From the NCBI GenBank assembly GCA_002269645.1, contig NIVC01001064.1, forward strand, positions 1-64,000: a DNA stretch of 64,000 bases, in the 5' to 3' direction. Each line of letters starts with the position of its first letter. The first letter of the stretch is position 1. This document shows positions 26,575-38,417 of this stretch, piece by piece. The notes below the pieces were generated by a model. It did not search any database. It saw nothing but the letters and a program-made list of their open reading frames with translations, and was not told the origin of the DNA. Made by a program: the position numbers and the translations under genes. The stretch is from Macrostomum lignano. Taxonomy: Eukaryota.

Positions 26575-27800
26575 TGATGCAGTCTTATGCTTTCTTAGAA
26601 TATTTATAGTTGTCAATGTGCCATAAATCATAAGTTTTGCTTGTTGCCAGTGCCGGCCAATCAGACCAATCGTATGCTGAATAAATGCAGCCAGCTGTTT
26701 CATCAGGCAGCTGTGACGGGGCTGTAAAGTTCCAAGTTAATAAATACAATTATAGACCAACTGTGTGCAATTTCTGGTCCAGTTCATTTGAATTGCAAGT
26801 GCAATAAGTTTCAATAAGCGCAATAAGCTGTATAGCATTTGCGGCTTTTCTAAATCATGTACACGTGCCATTTGGCCATAGACTATAGCTGCATGTGCAT
26901 GCATACAGATCACTAAGCCAGCCAGAGGCACTCAGTTTTGTCTATGGTCTAATCCCCACGGTCAGACCTGTACCATATCAAAGGATCGAAAGCATGATGG
27001 CTTGCGTTTACTTATTTGTTATTTAGTAAGTAGCATATAGCGCATTTACGTGTAGAAGGCATTAAATGGTTAATTAAAGTGCAATTATTGCTTTTGTCAT
27101 GCTATGTTGAATAGGGGACATTCGAAACGGATCGGCCCATAGAGTTCTATGGCCCAGCGTTTGAATCAACTCGAGACAGCAAGCATAGACAGCTAAATTT
27201 GTCATGCAATATGTAACGATGAGAAAAAATAGAAGGAACGATTTGAGCTTTTCAAAGAGGTTTGCTCTTTACGGTCAAACTTGCTACCAAGGGGGACGGA
27301 TGTGCGCCAAATGCAGCAACTGAGTCGAAAGAAGCTAATACGCTAACTTCATGTTCCACTTAGCTCCAGAAGTTCACACCGTCTACTTAGACGAGACCGG
27401 TTTCAACTTGAGGACCTGGAGGTCCCATTAAAGCGCAGAGGGGTCCTAACGTTATGGTTTGCATGGTTTAACAATGGTACATACTGCTTCCTATTGGCGG
27501 ACACTGAGGTCGTAATATCCTCAGCTTTGCTTGATTTTCATTGGTTGATAATTCACTCAAACCTGAATGGAAACTTTAGGGCCGAAAATAGATCACTTCA
27601 GTTGTTTATAATCGAATTTAATAGAATTTACACAGGCCTGATTTGGCTGACATCCGCAAGAGTATCACGCATTCCCGCTTTCACCATAGATAATTCTTGC
27701 AGTTGCTGTCTCTCAGCCTTTCTAATTACAAATACACGCAGGAGTAAAATTGAATTAAAAACATCAGTTGTAAAATTGAACGCGCTCTCAGCAAGGCGCC

Positions 27801-28175
27801 ATGCCCAAAAGAAAACCAGCACTGAAGGCTGCTTCTGCCAGCGGGAGCCAACAACCAACTGCGGCTGCTGCCTGCCAGCCGCTGAGTATTCGCTGCACCT
27901 GCAAGTCCTGCTCCTACTATGCCAATGTAACCTCGCGCATTGACAGGCGCCTGGTAACCAGAAGCGCACGGCCTGCAGCTGGAAGCGGCAGGTGCGCAGT
28001 CTGCTGCCCCAGGCTGCTGGCAGCCAGCATTCAGGAGGCCGAGGCCGAGTGGCAACGCGCTCGGCGATGCGCTGAGCTGCGAAAACTCCGGCGGCTGGTC
28101 TGGACTATGCGGGTGAGGGAAGCTGGTCGAACTGGTTGTACTTTCTGCGAGCAATGTACTTTTAAAACATCGTGA
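27801..28175 (+). CDS. Hypothetical Cys-rich basic protein (possibly the first exon of a spliced gene)
   Basis: GC-rich island in AT-rich DNA, ATG in GCGCCATGC context, several CxxC pairs, candidate donor CGG|gtgagg at 28112/28113; no family recognised. Confidence 0.35.
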   Translation: MPKRKPALKAASASGSQQPTAAAACQPLSIRCTCKSCSYYANVTSRIDRRLVTRSARPAAGSGRCAVCCPRLLAASIQEAEAEWQRARRCAELRKLRRLVWTMRVREAGRTGCTFCEQCTFKTS

Positions 28176-29787
28176 AAACCAATTGGGCCACGCCAATTTG
28201 CTCAAATCAATGTATACAGTTAACAGTAGGAATACCAAGTCATTTTTCCGCCCGTCGAACTATAGCAACAGGGGGGGGGGGGAATTCCCCCCGGAAGATT
28301 TTTTGCTGCGCCAAAACGAGCAACGCAGGCACACGAAATTCAATAAAACGTCCTAATTTTTTGTTGCGCACCTTCTCAAACAAGAATCAAGTCGCCAACC
28401 CTCCGGACCGTCGAGATATTCGACGATTCTGCCAGAAGGTCGGATTTTTCCAATAAGCGCCAGTGTATTCAGTACACCCCTGTGCGCCTATGCAGCCTTG
28501 CCAAGCCTCCAAATTTCATCAGCACGTAGACCACATTTATCTGCATCAGCTCTGACTTCGTTGGTCACTGGCCTTCACCCAGGCGGAGCTTCTGGACCTT
28601 CCACAGGTGGCACCATGTGACCAGGAACACCTTGATGCGAATTTCTCGAGCTTCGCTGATCAAGCCTCGACTGCTGGACATCCTCAGCGAGTCTCCCAAG
28701 CATTTAGTTATCACCCGGACGCCGTCGACAACTTCAAGAAGACAAAACCAGCCCGTGTTCCGTTCCAGAGCAGCAAGAATCGTCACGGGGGGGGGAATTC
28801 CCCCTCTTGGTGGTTCTACTGTTAATTCAGAGCCTTAATTTTAAAATTGGTTTGAATAATATGTGACCTCGCGAAGCTACTGACGACAGTGTGAACCGGT
28901 GAGACGAATTGTACAAGAGTAGATAAGGTAAACATGAGATAAGAATTGAGGTGGGTGAATGGGGACGGCATAAAAATCAATATTGATGTAATAAACTTTA
29001 TGCAGCCATCGAAAGGGTATCAGTTATCACTGCACAATTTGCACAGCCTCTCAGGTTTAACATTTTAACATCCTGTTGACTTCTGGTTTCGGGGTGGAAA
29101 CTTGAGCATGTTGCGCTGGCTTCTGGCAGTGGCAGCCTTCTCACATTTCTGAATCACCGACGGAATGAAAAACTTCTGGGAGCTCGGGCCGGTGCTGTTG
29201 CTGAGTATGTGGGAAATTGAAAGGCCCTATTGAAGTCATAGCTTCACTTCATATCGTAGTTGTCTGTAGGGGAATTTTACGGTATCAGTTTTCCTGAACC
29301 CACCGCCTGCAGGCCATCAACACCAGGCTGGACAGGGTGACCATCTCCGCGAGCCCAGCGGCCGAGCAGAGGCCAGCAAACAAGAGACCGAGAGCCTGAT
29401 CAACTTTTGTCAACTACTACTATATAAATTTTTCATCAAAAAATTACACGGATAAGTATTAGCAGAAAGTCAGATGAGAACTCTGAATTTTTTGAATTTC
29501 TAATTTGAATACTAAACAGTGACTCCACTATCAATTTTCATTAGCTAACATTTGTTTAATTTATTTAATTACAAAAAAAGGCAAAGCTGAAGCAGTCATT
29601 AGAAATCAAGGACAGGAAAAATCAAAATGTGTGGACAAAGACACAAATTCATTCAAGACTAAACTGTCAATAGCGGGAATTCGTTAGAGAAGCACCGGCC
29701 TTGAAATTAATAATAGACTAACAAATCTGCAGTGCTTTGGGAAATTGCAAATTAAAAATCTAATAGCAGATGGAAACCAAAACCAAT

Positions 29788-30627
29788 AACTCGGACACGC
29801 CTGTCTCTGCACTCGGACACGCACCTGTCTCTGCACTCGGACACACACCTGTCTCTGCACTCGGACACACACCTGTCTCTGCACTCGGACACGCCTGTCT
29901 CTGCACTCGGACACACACCTGTCTACGCACTCGGACACGCACCTGTCTCTGTACTCGGACACGCCTGTCTCTGCACTCGGACACGCCTGTCTCTGCACTC
30001 GGACACGCACCTGTCTCTGCACTCGGACACACACCTGTCTCTGCACTCGGACACACATCTGTCTACGCACTCGGACACACACCTGTCTCTGCACTCGGAC
30101 ACACACCTGTCTCTGCACTCGGACACACACCTGTCTACGCACTCGGACACACACCTGTCTCTGTACTCGGACACACACCTGTCTCTGTACTCGGACACAC
30201 ACCTGTCTCTGTACTCGGACACACACCTGTCTCTGCACTCGGACACACATGTCTACGCACTCGGACACACGCCTGTCTCTGTACTCGGACACACCTGTCT
30301 CTGCACTCGGACACACACCTGTCTCTGCACTCGGACACACACCTGTCTCTGCACTCGGACACACACCTGTCTCTGTACTCGGACACACACCTGTCTCTGC
30401 ACTCGGACACACATCTGTCTACGCACTCGGACACACACCTGTCTCTGCACTCGGACACACACCTGTCTCTGCACTCGGACACACATGTCTACGCACTCGG
30501 ACACACGCCTGTCTCTGTACTCGGACACACACCTGTCTCTGCACTCGGACACACACCTGTCTCTGCACTCGGACACACACCTGTCTCTGTACTCGGACAC
30601 ACATCTGTTTACGCACTCGGACACGCC
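29788..30627. repeat. 20-24 bp minisatellite (ACTCGGACACACACCTGTCTCTGC) 3' of XPNPEP1
   Basis: About 35 copies; length variants arise from the number of CA units. Confidence 0.95.
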
Positions 30628-30727
30628 TGTCCCGGACAAATCAAAACTAGCTTGCATAAACTACTTTAAACCGATGACCAACTCCACAGTCCCATCAAAG
30701 TCGCAGTTTACGGCGCCGACGGCCCCA

Positions 30728-33700
30728 TCAGATGGGCTCAGTCTCCCGCACCAGCCATTCGTAGGTCTCGGCAAAGCCTCGCTTTTTCAGCTCGTCGCCA
30801 ACAACCTGCCGGACCTCGGCGTGGTAATTGTTGAGCCAGGCCACGTCCTCGTCAGCGAGCTGACTGCGGTCCACCAGCTTGGTGCTGATGGGCACCAGCG
30901 TCAGCGGCTTGAAGGTGAGGAACTGCAACCCGTCGAATCCTTCGGCTATGCCTGCAAATTTGATGTCAAATGTCGGTCTGTCATGCAGCTTATCCATGAG
31001 GCGAACCACGCCGAGACACCAGCAACTCTACTAAGATACTAATGATCCTACTCAGTCACATCTGATCCTACTCAGTCACATCTGATCCTACTCAGTCACA
31101 TCTGATCCTACTCAGTCACATCTGATCCTGCTCAGTCACATCTGATCCTACTCAGTCACATCTGATCCTACTCAGTCACATCTGATCCTACTCAGTCACA
31201 CTACTCAGGCGCAATGCTAAGCAACTCAGACGCAATGCTAAGCAACTCAGGCGCAATGCTAAGCTACTCAGGCGCAATGATAAGCTACTCAGACGCATTA
31301 TAAGCTACTCAGGCGCAATGATAAGCTACTCAGACGCAATGCTAAGCAACTCAGACGCAATGCTAAGCAACTCAGGCGCAATGCTAAGCTACTCAGGCGC
31401 ATTATAAGCTACTCAGGCGCAATGATAAGCTACTCAGACGCAATGCTAAGCAACTCAGGCGCAATGCTAAGCAACTCAGGCGCAATGCTAAGCTACTCAG
31501 GCGCAATGATAAGCTACTCAGACGCATTATAAGCTACTCAGACGCAATGGTAAGCTACTCAGACGCAATGGTAAGCAACTCAGGCGCAATGCTAAGCTAC
31601 TCAGACGCAATGGTAAGCTACTCAGACGCAATGGTAAGCAACTCAGGCGCAATGCTAAGCAACTCAGACGCAATGCTAAGCAACTCAGGCGCAATGCTAA
31701 GCTACTCAGGCGCAATGATAAGCTACTCAGACGCATTATAAGCTACTCAGACGCAACGATAAGCTACTCAGACGCAATGGTAAGCTACTCAGACGCAATG
31801 GTAAGCTACTCAGACATGCAGTGAGAAGTCCAGCAGCAAACCCTACCCGGCTGGGGCACAACCTCCACGACATTCTCCACCCGGATGCCGTACTGCCCGG
31901 CCAGGTAGAAGCCGGGCTCGATGGTGACAATCATGCCCCGCTTCAGCCCGATCTCGTGCGGATTGGCCCGCGACCCGCTGATAGCGCAGGGCCCCTCGTG
32001 CACGTTGAGGAACACGCCGACCCCGTGCCCGGTGCCGTGCTGGAACTCCAGGCCCGCGGTCCACAGCGCGGCTCTGGCGTGGGTGTCCAGCCGGGAGCCC
32101 AGCACGTTCTCGGGGAAGGTGAGGCGGGAGAGGGCGATGTGGCCCCGCAGCACCAGGGTGTAGTGCCGCTTCAGCTGGGCGCCCGGCGCCGCGCCGTAGA
32201 ACACCGTGCGGGTGACGTCGGTTGTGCCGCACCTGCGGGGATGGGCGATTTATAGAAAACTATAAATTAAAAAAAATAAAAATAGTCAATCTAAATCTCC
32301 ATACTCAATATCATTTTTATGCGGAAATCCCATTCCCACTCACCAGGGAAGTCTCATTTTTCTGATGAAATCTTCTTAATTGAATTCCCGGAATCTCACC
32401 ACAACCCAATATCCCCCTCACGTCGGAAATCTCATCCTGATACCCCAGATTGCATCCTAAAACCGGATCTCAGTCAGATACCCGACATCTCACCTTAAAA
32501 CTGGGAATCTCACCTTAAAACCGGAAATCTCACCCCAAAACCTCAAAATCTCAACTTAAAACCAAAAATATTACCCTAAAACCGGAAATCTCACCCTAAA
32601 ACCTCAAAACTCGCATTAAAACTACAAATTTCACCCTAAAATCGAATATCTCACCCTTATAAAAACAAGCATCTCACCCTTGAACTGAAATCTCACCCTA
32701 AAACCAGAGATCTCACCCAAATACCAGAGATCTCACCCAAATACCAGAGATCTGACCCAAATACCAGAGATCTGACTCAAATACTAGAGACCTCACCAAA
32801 ATACCAGAGATCTCACCCAAATACCAGAGATCTGACCCAAATACTAGAGACCTCACCAAAATACCAGAGATCTCACCCAAATACCAGAGATCTCACCCAA
32901 ATACCAGAGATCTCATCCAAATACCAAAAATCTCACTCTAAAACTGGAAATCTCACCTGTAGTGCCCACCGCTGTCCACCAAGTAGGCTTCGTCGGGGAC
33001 GATCGGCCTGTCGGTCTCCGGCGTGACCCGGTAGTGAATGATAGCCCCATTGGAGCCGGACCCACTGATGGTCTCAAAGCTGATCTCAACGAAGCCCTCC
33101 ATCTCGGAGCGCAGCTGGTCCAGCTGGTTGCTGCCCGACAGCTCGGTGACCGGGGAGCCGGCGGCCAGCTGCAGCTCCAGCCAGTGCAGGTAGCGGCACA
33201 GCGCCACCGCGTCCAGCACGTGAGCCCGGGCCATGCCGGCTCGCTCCGGGGCGTATTTTACCTGGGTGAGGGGTAATTTGGGATTTCATTGATCCACCTG
33301 TCTTCTCATTAATCTACTTGTCCTCTCATTGATCCACCTGTCTTCTCATTGACCCACCTGTCTTCTCATTTATCTACTTGTCTTCTCATTATTCTACTTG
33401 TCTTCTCATTAATCCACCTGTTTTCTCATTGACCCACCTGTCTTCTCATTGATCCCCTTATCCTCTCATTGATCCACTTGTCCTCTCATTGATCCACTTG
33501 TCCTCTCATTGATCCACCTGTCTTCTCATTGATCCACTTGTCCACTCATTGATCCACCTGTCCTCTCATTGATCCACTTGTCCACTCATTGATCCACCTG
33601 TCGTCTGATAGATTTATCTGTCCTCTCATTGATCCACCTGTCCTCTGATTGATCTATCTGTCCTCTCATTGATCCACTTGTCCTCTCATTGATCCACTTG

Positions 33701-36696
33701 TCCTCTCATTGATCCACCTGTCCTCTCATTGATCTATCTGTCCTCTCATTGATCCACCTGTCCTCTGATTAATCTATCTGTCCTCTCATCGATCCACCTG
33801 TCCTCTCATTGATCGACCTGTCCTCTCATTGATATATCTGTCCTCTGATTGATCCACCTGTCCTCTGATTGATCCACCTGTCCTCTGATTGATCTATCTG
33901 TCCTCTGATTGATCTATCTGTCCTCTGATTGATCTATCTGTCCTCTGATTGATCCACCTGTCCTCTCATTGATCCACCTGTCCTCTGATTGATCCACCTG
34001 TCCTCTCATTGATCCACCTGTCCTCTCATTGATCTATCTGTCCTCTCAAGAATTCACCTGTCTTTTCACAGCCCAATCTGCCTTCACTTTGACTCACTTG
34101 TCCTCTCGACCCTTCCCCAACTGAGCTCCCCTAGAAGAGCTAATCAAGACCCATCAATGACGTACCGCTTTCAGCACAGACGCAGGCGAGTCGGCCGTGT
34201 ACACTCGCGCCTTCGGCACCGGCAGTCCCACGGCAGCGCTGGCCCGATGGTCCAGCCAGACCCTGCCGCTGCTGCCGGCAACGAGCTTCTCCAACTCGGA
34301 CTGGAACTTGGCGTAGGCGTGCAGCTGGACGCCGGTCTCGGCCACGTGCTGCTTGAATTCGGCCAGGGCCGACTCGTGCAAGTCGGCGAACAGGTGCGCC
34401 GAGTCGGGCGTGACCGCGGCGTAGGCAAACAGCACGGGTGACATCGGGATGACGCCGACTGCGCGGTAGTTGAACAGCCAGGCTACGTCGTCTAGGGCGG
34501 ACAGGATCAGCAGGCCGGCCTTACACTTCTGCATCTCCTGGCGGAGCTGCAGATGGGGAGGTGGGAGTGCAGGAGAGGAGATGGGAGTGCAGGAGAGGAG
34601 ATGGGAGTGCAGGAGAGGAGGTGGGAGTGCAGGAGAGGAGGCGGGAGTGCAGGAGAGGAGGTGGGAGTGCAGGAGAGGAGGTGGGAGTGCAGGAGAGGAG
34701 GTGGGAGTGCAGGAGAGGAGGTGGGAGTGCAGGAGAGGAAGTGAGAGTGAAGGAGAGGAAGTGAGAGTGAAGGAGAGGAGGTGAGAGTGAAGAAGAGGAA
34801 GTGAGAGTGAAGGAGAGGAGGTGAGAGTGAAAGAGAGGAAGTGAGAGTGCAGAAGAATAGGTGGGAGCGCAGAAGGTGGGAGAGGTGGGGGAGATAAAGG
34901 CAAAGGAGCCGAGAGGAGAAAAGAAGAGAAAGCAAAAGCCAAGAGACAGCAGAACACAGTAAGAAATCGCTTCCAGCAGACGGACTCAGCCGAACTCACC
35001 AGCGCGAGCTTCTCAGCCGGTCCGGCCCCGGCCTCCTCGGCAGTGAGCAGGAACAGCCGCCTGCCCAGCGGCCTCTCAGGTCGGCCGGTCCACACGGCGT
35101 CTACCAGATTGTCCGGCAGGCCGACCAGCTCGGTGCCGCCCGCGGCCAGGCTGTCCCGCATCTCAATGAACCGGCCGAAAGGCAGCGTTGTCGGGTCGAA
35201 GCCAACCCGGGCGAACCCCCGGTTGGCCAGGTACTCCGTGAGGGTCGGCACGTCCTTGGCGAGGGCGCGCATCAGCGTCCAGTTGGAGTCCATCTGCTGC
35301 TCGGCTTGAAGGAAATAGCGCCCGTCTGTCCACATCAGCGCCTCGGACTGCGGGGTGGGTGACAGAGTTCCGGCTTCCGCCCCTTCACTCTCTTCAGCTT
35401 CCGCCCCTTCATTCTCCTCGGCAAATCCGCCCCTTAATTCTCCTCTGCTTCCACCCCTTCATTCTCCTCGGTAAATCCGCCCCTTAATTCTCCTCTGCTT
35501 CCGCCCCTTTCACTCTCTTCGGCTTCCGCCCCTTCACTCTCTTCGGCTTCCGCCCCTTCACTCTCTTCTGCTTCCGCCCCTTCACTCTCTTCGGCTTCCG
35601 CCCCTTCGATCTCTTCGGCTTCCGCCCCCTCACTCTCTTCGGCTTCCGCCCCTTCACTCTCTTCGGCTTCCGCCCCTTCACTCTCTTCGGCTTCCGCCCC
35701 TTCACTCTCTTCTGCTTCCGCCCCTTCACTCTCTTCGGCTTCCGCCCCTTCACTCTCTTCGGCTTCCGCCCCTTCACTCTCCTCGGTTTCCGCCCCTTCA
35801 TTCTCCTCGGTTTCCGCCCCTTCATTCTCCTCGGTTTCCGCCCATTCACTCTCCTCGGTTTCCGCCCCTTCATTCTCCTCGGTTTTCGCCCCTTCACTCT
35901 CCTCGGTATCCGCCCCTTCATTCTCCTCGGTTTCCGCCCATTCACTCTCCTCGGTTTCCGCCCCTTCATTCTCCTCGGTTTTCGCCCCTTCACTCTCCTC
36001 GGCTTCCGCCCCTTCACTCTCCTCGGTTTCCGCCCCTTCATTCTCCTCGGTTTCCGCCCCTTCATTCTCCTCGGTTTTCGCCCCTTCACTCTCCTCGGTA
36101 TCCGCCCCTTCATTCTCCTCGGTTTCCGCCCATTCACTCTCCTCGGTTTCCGCCCCTTCATTCTCCTCGGTTTTCGCCCCTTCACTCTCCTCTGTATCCG
36201 CCCCTTCATTCTCCTCGGTTTCCGCCCCTTCATTCTCCTCGGTTTTCGCCCCTTTACTCTCCTCGGTTTCCGCCCATTCACTCTCCTCGGTTTCCGCCCC
36301 TTCACTCTCCTCGGTTTCCGCCCCTTCACTCTCCTCGGTTTCCGCCCCTTCATTCTCCTCTGCTTCCGAACCTTCATTCTTCCTGATTTCTGCCCTTCAT
36401 CCTCCTGGCCAGAAATTTACTTTTAATTCTCAAGTATCTGGACTCTCACGAGACAATATGTATCGAAAAAAACATCAGCAGCAGACCATTGCCAAAACTG
36501 ATGGATATCTCACCTCGGTGACAAGGGCGGTGCCGGCACTGCCAGTGAAGCCGGTCAGCTGAGCCCGCCTCTTGTCGCAGTCGGCCACGTACTCGGACAT
36601 GTGCGCGTCCTCAGAGGGCACCAGATAGGCGTTGAGCTGGTGCCGGGACATGAGCTGGCGCAGGGCCTTCAGTATGTCTGCTGTGCAGCGCTTCAT
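30728..36696 (-). CDS. XPNPEP1: Xaa-Pro aminopeptidase 1 (aminopeptidase P, M24B), 608 aa
   Basis: Exons 36514-36696, 35000-35347, 34166-34546, 32957-33261, 31847-32232, 30728-30951 (1827 nt, phases consistent, all GT-AG). Motifs DAHMSEYV, GFTGSAGT, WTDGRYFLQA, LVDSGGHY, GTTDVTRT, HGTGHGVG, TIEPGFY, GIRVEN (metal ligands D,D,H,E,E present). No signal peptide, consistent with the cytosolic form. Confidence 0.95.
31045..31815. repeat. Two abutting minisatellites in XPNPEP1 intron 5: 20 bp (GATCCTACTCAGTCACATCT) then 21 bp (ACTCAGGCGCAATGCTAAGCT)
   Basis: Periods 20 and 21 measured; switch near 31200; both share CTACTCAG. Confidence 0.93.
32480..32950. repeat. 20 bp minisatellite (ATACCAGAGATCTCACCCAA) in XPNPEP1 intron 4
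   Basis: Degenerate at 32480-32700, homogeneous at 32700-32930. Confidence 0.9.
33290..34100. repeat. 20 bp minisatellite (GATCCACCTGTCCTCTCATT) in XPNPEP1 intron 3
   Basis: About 38 copies. Confidence 0.95.
34555..34870. repeat. 20 bp minisatellite (GGGAGTGCAGGAGAGGAGGT) in XPNPEP1 intron 2
   Basis: Period 20 measured. Confidence 0.93.
35370..36380. repeat. 24 bp minisatellite (TTCCGCCCCTTCACTCTCCTCGGT) in XPNPEP1 intron 1
   Basis: Period 24 measured (35641/35665); about 40 copies; source of the spurious 297 aa KGRKPRR ORF. Confidence 0.96.
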
Positions 36697-37799
36697 TTCA
36701 GATTGGCAACAATTCTTTTTGGCTGCAAGATAATATAAAGAAAAAAACTAGACTTCGCGAAGTACATATATTGTACTTTATTGCGCGTGCTTAGCACTCA
36801 GGTCTGGAATAACTGAATGCTACTAGCAAAAATGCGCTTCATCTACTGTTTTTAGTAGAAAATCTAGCGTTTTCTGCTTTTCTAATGGTAAATTTTAAGA
36901 AATTTAATTTCACAAATTTTTAAACTTTTTGCAGCTGCAATAATCGCTTCTGGCTTTCTAAAAGCAGACTCATTAAATTAGCAGTGCCGGAAAATTTTAA
37001 AACAAATCCAAGTGCGTTGTTCACAGCAAGCAAGAGAGAAAAGGGGTGCCCCAGCCCCCAACCAGGCCGATAAAAAGTTTGGTTTTCCTCTTGCTTGCTT
37101 GTGTCTGACTTTGATCTCTTTCCTTACTGCTCGGCTGAGCTAGATTGGGCCCGACCTCTAGGGTGAGTTTCGTCCGACTGACTTCGGCCTCTCTCCTTAC
37201 TGCTCTCTCATTGGCTGAGCCAGGTTAGGCCTGCCCCTTCCCTAGGCTGAGCTTCGTACATCTGACTTAGGCCTCTCTTCTTACTGCTCTCTTATTGGCT
37301 GAGCCAGATCGGGCCTGTCCCCTAGACTGAGCTTTGTACGTGACTTTGGTCTTACTCCTAACTGCTCTCTCATTGGCTGAGATAGATTGGGTCCAATTGG
37401 TGACATCTAGAAAAATTAGGGTATTTATCCGACCCCTGACACACTTGTTGAAAATGATTTTTACAATATAAACGATCGTTAATAAACCAGTTTTCTGGGA
37501 ATTACTATTTATTCCAATCATATAATCCTTACAAAACTACTTGCACTAGCTTACAAGCATCCATTGAAAAAATAGCTAACTATTAAACTTGGCAAATCGT
37601 AAATCAATATGACTGCTGGCTAGATTTAAAGCTAATAAAGCACAAAATTGAAGGCAAATCAAAGCGCTTGGAAACAAGAATATCTGGACAGGTTAAAATA
37701 AGCAGGAAATCAAAAATATAGCAAACGTTCAGGCACACTCAGACGGAACAAACTACAACATTGTATAATAAAAATGGAAGAGTTAAGATAGTGGCTTCG

Positions 37800-38210
37800 G
37801 GGGCAATTGAGATAGGGTCTAGGGGAGAACTAGGACAGGGGAGCTGTAGGGTATTAACACAATGGATATGGAGAGGATTTATGCAGGAGATCTAGGGGAA
37901 TCAATATACAGGCGATCTAGAAGGAAATTAAGACAGTGGATCCAAGGGGAATTAAGAAACAGAGGATCTGGGGGAATTAAGACGCAGGGGATCTGTGGGA
38001 ATTAAGACAATGGATCTGAAATGAATTAAGACACAGAAGGTCTGGGGGGATTATGACAAAGATGATCTGAAGGGGGGAATTAAGACAGTGGGTCTGGGGA
38101 GAATTAATACAGTGGATCGAGAGGCAATTAAGATATAGAGGATCTGGGATGGGGGAATTTAAGACAGGGGATCTGGAGAGGAATAAGTCGGGACTGGACG
38201 GGATTAAGAC
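37800..38210. repeat. Degenerate ~20-25 bp repeat (GGATCTGGGGGAATTAAGAC) 3' of HSD17B7
   Basis: Direct reading. Confidence 0.7.
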
Positions 38211-38417
38211 AAGACAGCTAGGGGGGGGGGGTTAATACTGGGTAGGGTATTTAGCGGGATTGAGAAAGGGGACGTAAGACAGAATTAAGAAAAGCAAACT
38301 AATTAACAAATATAGATGTTCAGCAAGAAATTGTCTGGGACAAACATAGAAGGGCAATCTGATAATACTACAAGCCCAATAGCGTCACTCTCTAGAGTTA
38401 AGAACAGGGTTAGATCT

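Noticed and set aside
29684-30669. ORFs of 100-300 aa (TPVSALGH / CVRVQRQ repeats)
   Set aside because: Translations of the 20-24 bp minisatellite
35484-36377. 297 aa protamine-like KGRKPRR ORF in sense with XPNPEP1
   Set aside because: It is the 24 bp intronic minisatellite (8-codon period), and the XPNPEP1 exons splice cleanly around it. Exonisation cannot be excluded but has no support.
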